Of a stretch of 64,000 nt of DNA, positions 28,219 to 38,026 are shown piece by piece. How positions within the stretch are numbered: the first letter of the stretch is position 1; each line of letters starts with the position of its first letter. This DNA comes from an uncultured Gammaproteobacteria bacterium (GTDB taxonomy: Bacteria; Patescibacteriota; Microgenomatia; Levybacterales; UBA12049). The notes under the pieces are model-generated. The model did not search any database. It worked only from the letters and a program-made list of their open reading frames with translations, and was not told where the DNA came from. Both the position numbers and the translations under genes were made by a program. The DNA lies in contig CAYZZF010000001.1 of the NCBI GenBank assembly GCA_964483115.1, positions 19,907-83,906 of the forward strand, in the 5' to 3' direction.

Positions 28219-29706
28219 ATGGAAAAGATTAGATCATTTATTAAGGAACATTGGTTTGGAATCTGCATTTTTTTAATTATCATTTTGGCTTCATTCCTTG
28301 ACTTTTATAATTATGACAGTCGCTGGGCATTGGCCCATGATCAGGCAAGGGATGCTATAGTTGCAAGGGAGGCTTTAAGGCAGCATAGAGTTCCAACACT
28401 TGGACCATTTTCACAAGCAGGTTCTTTTGTGATGGGTCCTTTATGGTATTGGGAAATAGGAGTGGCGACAGCTATTTATCCAAATGCCGTATTAACTCCA
28501 TGGATTATCCTAACTTTATCTTATATTGTATCTGTCTATTTGATGATTTTAATTGGGAAAGATTTAGGTGGAAAATGGCTGGGTTTGATTATTGGATTTT
28601 TTACTGCAATTTCCCCATCCCTAATTGCACAAAGCGGGAATTTAACAAATCCTTCGGGCGTTGCGATCTTTTCAGTGCTTTCTGTCTTGTTTGCTATTAA
28701 ATACATAAAAACTAAAAGAAATATTTATTTATTTTTAATTCCTTTTTTTGTATCCCTTGCTATAAATATTCATTTACAAGCAATAGGTTTGATAACGCTT
28801 ATACCAGTTGTTTTGATTGTTCAAAGACCCAATCTTAAAAGCATACCATTATTGCTTGCTGGATTTATTCTGCCCTTTGTACCTTTAATCATTTTTGACT
28901 TAAATCATAATTTTTATGACACAAGAGCTTTACTCGATTATTATTTTTTCGGTCAATATAAAATATATAATCCAAATAGATGGTTAACTTATGTTGGGCT
29001 ATATTGGCCTTCAGCCTGGGCATATGTTATTGGGGGGCAAAAGATACTGGGTTATTTTTCAATTGTACTTGTATCAGTAGTTACAGTCTATCTATTTTTA
29101 AAAAGAAAAATAGAGAAACCTTTGCTTTTTGTCATCCTAACTTTCCTTTTAATTTTTGTTATTTTACGGTACTATCGTGGGGTAAGGTTTGATAGTTATC
29201 TAATTTTTGCTCATCCCTTTGTGCTAATTTTGACAGGTTGGGCAACTTATAACTTAATTAAATTTAATAAAATATTAGGCCTTTTATTAGTTATACTATT
29301 AATAATAGGAAGCATGAAGATAAATTTATTAAATATTTTTAATAGTACTAATTATGCTTTAATCCAAGCAAAAGATTGGGAGAGAGTTTTGGCAAAAACT
29401 TATCCTGGTAAGAAATTCAAAATTTATGACTATAGACAAAAATATGGAAGTAATACACTGCCTTTAAGTCTTTATATGAGTTCAAAAAATAAAATAAGTG
29501 ACAATGGAATTAAAATAGGATTGGCAGTTGCAACATCAAGTTCTGACTTTGTCCATCCAGTTGTTTTTGGAGAGATAGGGCGATATCAATTATTTAATTT
29601 AGATAGTTCAACCAGCGGTGAGTTATCCAAAGAAGGATGGTTTCTCGTTAATCCAAGTACTGTCTATCAGGCAACCGAAGAGTGGTATTATGGTAAAAAA
29701 TTATGA
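28219..29706 (+). CDS. GT-C membrane glycosyltransferase (PMT_2-like)
   Basis: Polytopic. N-terminal loop DQARDAIVAREAL...PTLGPF. Confidence 0.45.
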   Translation: MEKIRSFIKEHWFGICIFLIIILASFLDFYNYDSRWALAHDQARDAIVAREALRQHRVPTLGPFSQAGSFVMGPLWYWEIGVATAIYPNAVLTPWIILTLSYIVSVYLMILIGKDLGGKWLGLIIGFFTAISPSLIAQSGNLTNPSGVAIFSVLSVLFAIKYIKTKRNIYLFLIPFFVSLAINIHLQAIGLITLIPVVLIVQRPNLKSIPLLLAGFILPFVPLIIFDLNHNFYDTRALLDYYFFGQYKIYNPNRWLTYVGLYWPSAWAYVIGGQKILGYFSIVLVSVVTVYLFLKRKIEKPLLFVILTFLLIFVILRYYRGVRFDSYLIFAHPFVLILTGWATYNLIKFNKILGLLLVILLIIGSMKINLLNIFNSTNYALIQAKDWERVLAKTYPGKKFKIYDYRQKYGSNTLPLSLYMSSKNKISDNGIKIGLAVATSSSDFVHPVVFGEIGRYQLFNLDSSTSGELSKEGWFLVNPSTVYQATEEWYYGKKL

Positions 29707-30929
29707 GAAAAATTTCACTTGATTCAATTTTGCTTTTTGCACTTGTTGTTCCTTTTATCATGACTTATAGAATAAGTCCTAAAGAAACTCCTTATTGGCT
29801 TTTTGGGTTTATTTTTTTAGGGCTTCTTATTTATATAATTTTAGATTTCATAAAACTAAAAGAAAAATTATATTTCTTACTAAAACACAGCTTACTTTGG
29901 GTGCTCATAGTAGTGGTTATAGGAAGTGCATATATTTCCGCTATTATTGTGCGACATCAAACCTCTCCTATCTATAATATTAACGATATAATAATTCAGC
30001 AAGAATCCGCAATACGATTTTTACTTCATGGTAAAAATCCCTACGCTATTACATATTTTGGAACTCCGCTTGAAAAATGGAATTATTCAGATACAGAACT
30101 TAATCCGGCTCTTTATCATTTTGTTATGCAACCTTTTTATTTACTTTTTGCAACTCCTTTTTATCTTTTTTTCGGTCATATTGTTGGATTTTTTGATGGG
30201 CGCATACCTTTGTTATTCTTATTTTTCGTGCTATTGGTAATGGCAGATAAGCTTGTAAAGGAACGATCTAAAAAACTTGAATTTTTAATATTGCTGGCCT
30301 TTAATCCGGCTACCCTTGGTTATTTTCTTGAAGGAAGAGATGATATTTTTATGTTTACTTTTTTATTTACTGCCCTCTTTTTGCTTCATAAGAAGAAAGA
30401 TTTATTAGCTGGAATTTTTATGGCGCTTGCTTTTTCCATAAAACAATCAGCTTGGCCACTTTTTCCGTTTTATTTTGTCTATCTTTATTTTAAAAACAAA
30501 AATCTCAAAAAAACTATTATATCTCTAATTCCGTTTGCTGCAACTTTTTCTGTAATCGTTCTACCATTTTTTTTCTGGAATCCAAATGCATATCTTTCAA
30601 GCACCATATTTTATCTTTCTGGAAATACGGCGCACAGTTATCCGATTTCAGGATATGGATTAGGAGCGCTCCTTAATCAGCTAGGTTTTATAAAAGATGT
30701 GCATTCCTATTATCCTTTTTGGCTCTGGCAGCTTTTGATAGGATTGCCATTTTTAATTTGGTTAGTCAATTGGCAAAAAAAAGAAAATAGCATTTCAAGA
30801 CTTATAATAGTCTATGGACTCTTTCTTTTTGTATTTTGGTATTTGTCTCGCTATTTTAACAACAGCCACCTTGGTTATCTATCAATGATTTTTATAACTG
30901 CCTATTTCTGGCCAGAAAGTAATAAATAG
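29703..30929 (+). CDS. polytopic membrane protein, putative GT-C (DUF2029/GT87-like)
   Basis: Hydrophobicity. Overlaps the upstream gene by 4 nt. Confidence 0.35.
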   Translation: MRKISLDSILLFALVVPFIMTYRISPKETPYWLFGFIFLGLLIYIILDFIKLKEKLYFLLKHSLLWVLIVVVIGSAYISAIIVRHQTSPIYNINDIIIQQESAIRFLLHGKNPYAITYFGTPLEKWNYSDTELNPALYHFVMQPFYLLFATPFYLFFGHIVGFFDGRIPLLFLFFVLLVMADKLVKERSKKLEFLILLAFNPATLGYFLEGRDDIFMFTFLFTALFLLHKKKDLLAGIFMALAFSIKQSAWPLFPFYFVYLYFKNKNLKKTIISLIPFAATFSVIVLPFFFWNPNAYLSSTIFYLSGNTAHSYPISGYGLGALLNQLGFIKDVHSYYPFWLWQLLIGLPFLIWLVNWQKKENSISRLIIVYGLFLFVFWYLSRYFNNSHLGYLSMIFITAYFWPESNK

Positions 30930-32713
30930 GAAGATAAAGGTCTGATAGATTTTATTATATCATCAATTACTTTTTTATCGCATTTGTTTTTAACTACGAT
31001 ACAACTTACTTTTATTTTTCCATTGGTAAGTTTTTTAACAGAGACTTTATAGCCATCTCCATTTAATAAAATTTCACCATCGACTTGTTTAGCACTCCAA
31101 TGCTCTGGATAAAAAAATCTTATTTTAGCTTGTCCATAAACATATTCTTTCTTAAAATTCTTCGAAAGATAATCTTGGTAAATTAATTTATATATTCGTT
31201 CAAATTGTGGATTGGCTTTGTTTTTTTTGGCAAGCTTATCCAAACTTTCAAGAGTTGGTAGATTCCTAGAATAATAAGAGAGGAGTTCTTGTTCTACTCT
31301 GGGATCACGGGTTCCTTCTTGTAGTTTTTGTTCTAATTCTTCTGCTCTTTTTTCATTTTCATTGCCGTAAAGTATGCGGCCAAGTGGTAAGTAACCATAT
31401 AAATAATTTAGAGGAATATAACTTGAAAGAAACATCTGGTTATAATCTGGATAGCTTTGTAAGCCCTTCAATCTATTTTTTACAATCCTTTCTGATGAAA
31501 GAAAAGTGGCACCATAATCTCCTTTTAACCCTCCCAAACTATTTATTAAGCTAAAAAAAGCACCATTGAATAAAATAGAAGTTAAGACTAATGTAAGAAA
31601 CAAGAGTATTGCCAGCGATTTAACAATTAAATTTTTCTTTTCAATAAAAAAAATAAAAGAAGTTGCTAGAAAAATAAACAAAAGTGGTAGAAGAATTATA
31701 AAATAATGCATAAGAGGGTCAATTTTTAAAAGAAAATATATTATCGGTAAGGTTATGCTTGCATAGGCCAAGAAAGAAACTTTTTTAAATTTTTTAATAA
31801 AGACTAAAAGACCGAAAGGCAAAAGTAGATATTCAAGATAAAACACTTTCCTTAATTGAAAAATAATGGGAAATTTTTCTGAAAAAGTTAATAAATCATT
31901 TCCCATTACAAAATTGAAATTTCCTTGACTAGTAATTTGGAGAGGTCTTAAAAATATAGAAAAATTGTAAAAAGCACTTAATCTATTATTTGCTAAGACA
32001 ATGGTCTTAAAATCAGGGAAACTACTTGAGATTTCATAAACAAAATAAGGGATTAAAGGAGACAACCCTATCAATAAGCCCAAAAAGGTATATTTTAAAT
32101 TTAATTTGACCTTTTGAAACAGAAGAAAGATTGTAATAATACTAATAAAGATAATACTTGTTTGATGGAGCTCTATAAGAAATAGAGCAACTGCTGTATA
32201 TATCAGCCAATAGAACGTTTTTCTTTCCAGAACTAGTTTATGCAGGCTATAAAATAAAGGAACAAAAAATGGTGCTAATAAATCTTGGGTCCAAATTTTT
32301 CTTGAGTAAAGGATTGCCCATGGGGAAAAAGCAAAAAGAATAGTTGAAATTAAGGCTATCCTTATTCCGTAATAACGTTTTATTATTAAAAACAAAAATC
32401 CAATACTTAGCGAATTTATAAGTCCTATAAAAAAAGAAATTCCTCTTGGATCAAGGGTTATAAGAGTAAAGGGAAAAAGAAGATAATTAAAAAAAGGGGG
32501 GTTTAAGATTCCAACGCTTGAAACTGTTCCTCCTGGGGTAAATGGATGACCAAATAAAGGTCTTGAGGAAAGAAGCAAATTTACTGCTTCATCAGTTTTG
32601 AACTCAATAAGATTAAGGTTGGTTAAACGGAAAACCAAAGATGCAAGAAAAATAATTGCAAATAATAAAAAAGTTTGAGAAAAAAATAGCTTGTTAACTT
32701 TTTTTATTAGCAC
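30902..32713 (-). CDS. GT-C membrane glycosyltransferase (ArnT/PMT-like) with a C-terminal soluble domain
   Basis: EFKTDEAVN DE-motif loop and more than 12 TM. One of only two long minus-strand genes in the cluster. Confidence 0.5.
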   Translation of the reverse strand: MLIKKVNKLFFSQTFLLFAIIFLASLVFRLTNLNLIEFKTDEAVNLLLSSRPLFGHPFTPGGTVSSVGILNPPFFNYLLFPFTLITLDPRGISFFIGLINSLSIGFLFLIIKRYYGIRIALISTILFAFSPWAILYSRKIWTQDLLAPFFVPLFYSLHKLVLERKTFYWLIYTAVALFLIELHQTSIIFISIITIFLLFQKVKLNLKYTFLGLLIGLSPLIPYFVYEISSSFPDFKTIVLANNRLSAFYNFSIFLRPLQITSQGNFNFVMGNDLLTFSEKFPIIFQLRKVFYLEYLLLPFGLLVFIKKFKKVSFLAYASITLPIIYFLLKIDPLMHYFIILLPLLFIFLATSFIFFIEKKNLIVKSLAILLFLTLVLTSILFNGAFFSLINSLGGLKGDYGATFLSSERIVKNRLKGLQSYPDYNQMFLSSYIPLNYLYGYLPLGRILYGNENEKRAEELEQKLQEGTRDPRVEQELLSYYSRNLPTLESLDKLAKKNKANPQFERIYKLIYQDYLSKNFKKEYVYGQAKIRFFYPEHWSAKQVDGEILLNGDGYKVSVKKLTNGKIKVSCIVVKNKCDKKVIDDIIKSIRPLSSYLLLSGQK

Positions 32714-32834
32714 ATCGTATAAGATTTAGTTAGTACAATAAACCTATTGTAGAGACTTTAGTAATCATTATCAATGAAGAAATCGTTCAATTTTGTTGCC
32801 GGTTATGATAAATAAAAATTGAGATTAAGTAATT

Positions 32835-34568
32835 TTACTCAAGTTTAGTAATAAATGTAACACAAAACTTCTTTTCAGGTAGATCTTCTACATTAAAATC
32901 ACTAAGAGATAAATTTTCAGGGTATCTTCTAAAATTATATTTACTACATATTTTATCGTTAAATATTTTATAAATCTCTCCTCCATCTGAAAGTCTTGCA
33001 ATAGTTAAATTTTTTGCCGTTTTATCTACTGTCTTACAATTAAAGTCACGCTCGGCAATTAGGACAGTATTTTTTTCTAATTTTTTTGGGCATGAACCAA
33101 AGACAACGTTATCATATCTGAATTGGTAGTTATTTATATTTTGTGCTATTAAATTTGCACTTTTTGAATTGTAGTTATTGGTATAGAATAAATACTGTCT
33201 AAAAAGAGAAGGAATTATTTTGCTGTTTTTGTTTGTTAAAACGAATACTTTTTGTCCATTATTTTCTGCAGACTTAATGTATTTTGAAACTACTCTGTTT
33301 GAAAAACCAAAGCCTTCAGAATTGTAGACTGGATTTCTAAATAAATATATATACATAAAATTGGCAACAGACAGAGAATAAAAAATGATCAATAACAGAG
33401 TTATTGTCCTTTTATATTTAGCAATAGTTTGGGAGTCTAAAAAATACCATATTCCAAAACCTGTAATAATTATTAAAAAAGGAAACGCAAGAGATGACCT
33501 TATTGGGTAGGATGTTCCAACATTGCTTAAAACAGACGGTAAAGGTGTGATTAGGAGCATACTAAGGAAAAGAAAAAAAACTTCTTTATATTTTCTGTAA
33601 AGCCCATAGAATCCTATAATCAAGAAAATTATATCAAGGTAATAAAACATTCCATGATTCCAGATAGAGAAAGTAGATCTTGAATCACCATATGAAAACA
33701 AAAATTGACTAGAATAAAAGCCTAAGAATTTATTTATGGAATCCTGACTAATCAATGTTAATTTATTTGAAAATAAATTGCTTAGCGGATTTTCTATTGT
33801 GTTTTTTCTTGCTTCATTCACAGCTTGTGCTGTCTTGCCGAGATTTAAAATGCTTATCTCAGACAGTCTTGCAGATGTAGCCGTGCGCATAGAAACAAAG
33901 AAATAAAAAATAGTAGCTAAAGACAAGAGGAGTACAATGACATATTGGAAAGTATACTTCTTTTTATAAATATATTTCCAGACAAACAGTATTGCAATGA
34001 TGACAAATGGTATAAATATAATTTTTGTACCGATATAAGTATAAAATCCCAAGAATAGAAAAGGGAAGGAAAAAATAATTTTCCAGCCTTTTTTTATCAA
34101 TAAGATATAAAAACTTAATAAGAAAAAGAATACAGCCAGAGGTGCATCAAAAGAGGTTCTACCAAAGTATATAGACCAAGGATTAATTGCTGCAACAAGA
34201 CCAATTATAAATGCCTGTTTTTCTCCAAACAGTCTTTTTCCTACTAAATATAAAACAATTATCAGTAAAACACTAGATAATGCATAAGGAAAACGCGCGG
34301 CTAAAAGAGAAAAATTTAAAGCCCCTATAAAAGGAGCAATTAAGATATAAGGTAATTCGGCTTTTGGGTTTTCATAGGGAGGAATAGTAAGCGAAAAAGG
34401 AGACCATGTTTGACTGATGTCTTTTCCTGTTAAGAATATTGATTTGGCATTCAATATATAATCTAGTTCATCGTCACTTATTCCAATTGGAATTCTGTCT
34501 AGTAAAGATAGGCGAAGAACTAAAGAAAGGGAAATTATTGCAAAAAGAGGGAGAAATTTAATTTTCAT
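32835..34568 (-). CDS. GT-C membrane glycosyltransferase (ArnT/PMT-like)
   Basis: GISDDELDY DE-motif. Polytopic. Confidence 0.5.
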   Translation of the reverse strand: MKIKFLPLFAIISLSLVLRLSLLDRIPIGISDDELDYILNAKSIFLTGKDISQTWSPFSLTIPPYENPKAELPYILIAPFIGALNFSLLAARFPYALSSVLLIIVLYLVGKRLFGEKQAFIIGLVAAINPWSIYFGRTSFDAPLAVFFFLLSFYILLIKKGWKIIFSFPFLFLGFYTYIGTKIIFIPFVIIAILFVWKYIYKKKYTFQYVIVLLLSLATIFYFFVSMRTATSARLSEISILNLGKTAQAVNEARKNTIENPLSNLFSNKLTLISQDSINKFLGFYSSQFLFSYGDSRSTFSIWNHGMFYYLDIIFLIIGFYGLYRKYKEVFFLFLSMLLITPLPSVLSNVGTSYPIRSSLAFPFLIIITGFGIWYFLDSQTIAKYKRTITLLLIIFYSLSVANFMYIYLFRNPVYNSEGFGFSNRVVSKYIKSAENNGQKVFVLTNKNSKIIPSLFRQYLFYTNNYNSKSANLIAQNINNYQFRYDNVVFGSCPKKLEKNTVLIAERDFNCKTVDKTAKNLTIARLSDGGEIYKIFNDKICSKYNFRRYPENLSLSDFNVEDLPEKKFCVTFITKLE

Positions 34569-34616
34569 TCGTTTTTAATTATGATATCATACTAATGTTG
34601 TTTATTTCCAAACTTT

Positions 34617-36302
34617 GTGAAGAGAACTAATTTTATCTTAATTTTTATTATTATAGTAGCCGCTTTTTTACGCTTTTATCAACTTGGGACAAATCCTCCT
34701 TCATTGACCTGGGATGAAGTGGCCTGGGGATATAATGCTTACTCTTTGGGACTTGATGGGAAAGATGAATTTGACAGATTTTTACCCGTTGATTATTTAG
34801 AGTCATTTGGGGATTTTAAGCCTCCTGTTTATGCATATCTAGATGTCATTCCGATAAAATTATTTGGACTCACCACCTTTGCGGTGAGATTCCCCTCTGC
34901 TTTTTTTGGCGTTCTTACGGTTTTACTAACTTATTTTTTGGTAAAAAGAATATTCTATAATTCAAAAAATAAAGAACTTTATGCTTTATTCTCCACTTTT
35001 ATTCTTGCAATATCTCCTTGGCATATTTTGCTCTCTCGTGCGGCATTTGAGGCAAACGTTGCATCATTTTTCATCGTAATGGGCATGTTTCTTTTTTTCA
35101 AGGCAATATCTCAAGGTGTAGCCTCTATATCACCTCGGAGGTGGGGTTATATTTACACCTTAGGATTTTTTCTTATCTTGTCTGTTATCTCTTTTATTCT
35201 TTCTATGTATACTTTTAGCACCGCAAGAATTATTGCTCCTCTTTTAATTATAATTTTAGCAGTAGGTTTTAGAAAAGAGCTTCTTTCGCGAAAAAAAGAA
35301 ATAGCTCTTGCAATTATTCTCGGATTTTTTTTGCTATTGCCACTTATAAATTTTTTATTTACACCAGCTGCAAGTCTTAGGTTTAGAGAGGTAAATATTT
35401 TTTCCGATATAGCTGTTATTGAGAATACAAATCAGGAAATTACCAATGATAATGATGCTATTTGGTCAAAAGTAATTCACAATAGACGCTTTGCTTATGC
35501 TGTATCTTATTTCAGACATTATTTTGATAATTTAAGTCCAAGCTTTCTTTTTATAAAAGGAGATGGAAATCCTAAGTTTTCAACTCAAACAGTTGGAGAA
35601 ATGTACTTATGGGATTTGCCATTTTTCATTGTTGGTGTTTTTCTGCTTATTAAAAGAAAAGAAGGCAATTGGTGGATTATTCCCGCTTGGCTTATCTTAG
35701 GAATAATTCCTGCCGCGACTGCTCGTGAAACCCCCCATGCTTTAAGAATCGAAGCAACACTTCCGACTTTCCAAACCATAACCGCAATTGGAGTAAGTTC
35801 GTTTATAATCTGGATAAAGAATCTAAGACTAAAAAAATATTTTAAATCTTTAATTGTCATTTTTATATTTTCATTTTTAATTTTTAATTTTGTATATTTT
35901 TATCATGATTATTTTGCGCATTATTCAAGAATTTATTCGGGAGAATGGCAGTATGGATACAGAGATTCAATTGAGTATGTAAAAAGCGTTCAAAATCAAT
36001 ATGACGAAATCCGCATTACAAATAAATTGGGAAGACCATATATATATTATCTATTTTATACAAATACAAACCCTAAGATATTTAGAAAAACTGCACAAAT
36101 TAAAAGAGATTCTTTTGGATTTGTGACCATCCGCGGATTTTCTAAATATCGTTTTTCGGACAGTCTTTTGTCAATAAAAGATAAAGCAAGGAGAGTCCTT
36201 TATATCGATATTCCAGCAAGAGTTCCAAAAAAAGTAGAGATTTTGAAATCGTTTTACTTACTTAACGGAGAGAAAATGCTGGTTGCCTATAGAGAAAATT
36301 GA
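34617..36302 (+). CDS. GT-C membrane glycosyltransferase (ArnT/PMT_2-like), first of three tandem paralogs
   Basis: GTNPPSLTWDEVAWGYNAYSL...DEFDRFLPV...FKPPVYAYL. GTG start. Confidence 0.6.
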   Translation: MKRTNFILIFIIIVAAFLRFYQLGTNPPSLTWDEVAWGYNAYSLGLDGKDEFDRFLPVDYLESFGDFKPPVYAYLDVIPIKLFGLTTFAVRFPSAFFGVLTVLLTYFLVKRIFYNSKNKELYALFSTFILAISPWHILLSRAAFEANVASFFIVMGMFLFFKAISQGVASISPRRWGYIYTLGFFLILSVISFILSMYTFSTARIIAPLLIIILAVGFRKELLSRKKEIALAIILGFFLLLPLINFLFTPAASLRFREVNIFSDIAVIENTNQEITNDNDAIWSKVIHNRRFAYAVSYFRHYFDNLSPSFLFIKGDGNPKFSTQTVGEMYLWDLPFFIVGVFLLIKRKEGNWWIIPAWLILGIIPAATARETPHALRIEATLPTFQTITAIGVSSFIIWIKNLRLKKYFKSLIVIFIFSFLIFNFVYFYHDYFAHYSRIYSGEWQYGYRDSIEYVKSVQNQYDEIRITNKLGRPYIYYLFYTNTNPKIFRKTAQIKRDSFGFVTIRGFSKYRFSDSLLSIKDKARRVLYIDIPARVPKKVEILKSFYLLNGEKMLVAYREN

Positions 36303-38026
36303 TGTTTGGGTTGAAAATGAATAAAAAAATTGTTTATCTTTGTCTTTTTTTGATTATTATTACTGCCTCAATATTAAGATTATGGCAGTTAGGAAATGTT
36401 CCGCCTTCTCCAGATTGGGATGAGGCTGCTCTTGGGTATAATGCATATTCGATTTTACATACAGGCCGCGACGAGTATGGAAAGTTATTGCCGATTGTAC
36501 TTAGGTCATTTGATGATTATAAGCCTGCTTTATATGCATATTTAGTCATTCCATTTATCAAAATAATTGGTCTAAATGTAGTCGCGGTAAGATTACCTTC
36601 AGTAATCTTTGGCATACTGACTGTTATTGCAACATATTTCTTGGTTAAAGAATTACTCGGCGAAAAACTCAAAGCTCAAAATGCAAATCTCAAAATTGTA
36701 ACTCAAAACTCAAAAGTTGAACCACTTGCTCTTTTAACAGCGTTTTTACTTGCAATTTCTCCCTGGCACATCCAATTTTCAAGAATTGCGTTCGAATCAA
36801 ATGTTGGTCTTGCATTTAATGTTTTCTTTGTATTTTTCTTTCTCAAAGGTCTTAAAAAACCATGGTTGCTTATTTTATCTGCTTTCTTTATGGGAATAAA
36901 TATATATGTCTATCAGAGTGAAAAAGTTTTTACCCCGCTTTTACTTTTAGCGCTTGTCGTGATATTTAGAAAAGAGCTTTTTTCTATTCCTAAAAAATAT
37001 ATTATTTATGCAGTAGTTATTGGTATTTTGGTGTTTTTACCAATGGCAGGATATATCATTAGCAACAAAAACGTTTTTGAAAGAGCGCAAGGAGTCAGTA
37101 TCTTTGCAGAGTCCTCACAGCTTTTGGAAGAAAATTCTAAAAAACTTCTTGTTGATAGGCAAAACAATGATTTCTTAGGTCTCATACTAGATAACCGCCG
37201 TATCGTTTTTGCCAAAGAGATTATATCAGGATATGTTTCGCACTTTAATCTTAATTGGCTTTTTATAACTGGTGATATTGCAAGGCATCATGCTCCTAAT
37301 ATGGGACTTTTGTATCTTTTCGAATTACCATTCTTGTTTGTTGGTATCTATGAGTTGATTTTTGGTAAGTTTGATAAAAAAATAAAGTTTTTAATATTTT
37401 CGTGGTTTCTTATTGCACCTATACCAGCGTCAATTACAAGTGGAGTGCCTCATGCGGTTAGGTCCCTCAATTTTCTTCCCATGTTCCAAATATTTATAGC
37501 ATTAGGAATAGTTAGCAGTATTGCTTTAATTTCAAATTTTAAATTTAAAATTTTAAATTTTAAAATATGGAAACTATTTGCTATTTGCTATTTGCTATTT
37601 GCTATTTTTAATTTTTTATATTATTTAGACCAATATTTTGTTCAGCTTAATTATTTTAACTCAAAAGATTGGCAGTATGGCTATAAACAAACAATAGATA
37701 CCGTTAAGCAGATAGAAGTAAAATATAAAAAAATTATTGTATCTAACCAGCCATATTTAGATCAGTCTTATATGTTTTTTCTCTTTTACTTAAAATACCC
37801 ACCCGAATTGTATCAGAAAGAATCAAAATTTGCTTCTGGGGGTTTTAGAGAAAATCATAAATTTGGAAAATTTGAATTTAGGCCATTTAATTTTGAAAAT
37901 GAAAAAGAAACAGAAGTTTTGTATATAGGAAGACCGCTTGATTTTCCGCAAAATGACTTAGGACAAGTAAAAACCATAAATTTTTTAGATGGAACTCCGG
38001 CAATAAAAATGGTTGAAAGATTATGA
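36299..38026 (+). CDS. GT-C membrane glycosyltransferase (ArnT/PMT_2-like), second tandem paralog
   Basis: GNVPPSPDWDEAALGYNAYSIL...DEYGKLLPI...YKPALYAYL. Carries a degenerate heptamer tract plus (AAATTTT)x4 and (CTATTTG)x4 tracts. Confidence 0.6.
   Translation: MMFGLKMNKKIVYLCLFLIIITASILRLWQLGNVPPSPDWDEAALGYNAYSILHTGRDEYGKLLPIVLRSFDDYKPALYAYLVIPFIKIIGLNVVAVRLPSVIFGILTVIATYFLVKELLGEKLKAQNANLKIVTQNSKVEPLALLTAFLLAISPWHIQFSRIAFESNVGLAFNVFFVFFFLKGLKKPWLLILSAFFMGINIYVYQSEKVFTPLLLLALVVIFRKELFSIPKKYIIYAVVIGILVFLPMAGYIISNKNVFERAQGVSIFAESSQLLEENSKKLLVDRQNNDFLGLILDNRRIVFAKEIISGYVSHFNLNWLFITGDIARHHAPNMGLLYLFELPFLFVGIYELIFGKFDKKIKFLIFSWFLIAPIPASITSGVPHAVRSLNFLPMFQIFIALGIVSSIALISNFKFKILNFKIWKLFAICYLLFAIFNFLYYLDQYFVQLNYFNSKDWQYGYKQTIDTVKQIEVKYKKIIVSNQPYLDQSYMFFLFYLKYPPELYQKESKFASGGFRENHKFGKFEFRPFNFENEKETEVLYIGRPLDFPQNDLGQVKTINFLDGTPAIKMVERL
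36665..36714 (+). repeat. degenerate 7-nt periodic tract (aaactca aagctca aaatgca aatctca aaattgt aactcaa aactcaa) in the GT-C gene at 36299
   Basis: Read directly. Confidence 0.75.
37534..37608 (+). repeat. two adjacent heptamer tracts, (AAATTT[T/A])x4 then (CTATTTG)x4 plus one variant unit, in-frame in the GT-C gene at 36299
   Basis: aaatttt aaattta aaatttt aaatttt ... ctatttg x4 ctatttt. Encodes FKILNFKIWKLFAICYLLFAIF. Confidence 0.9.
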
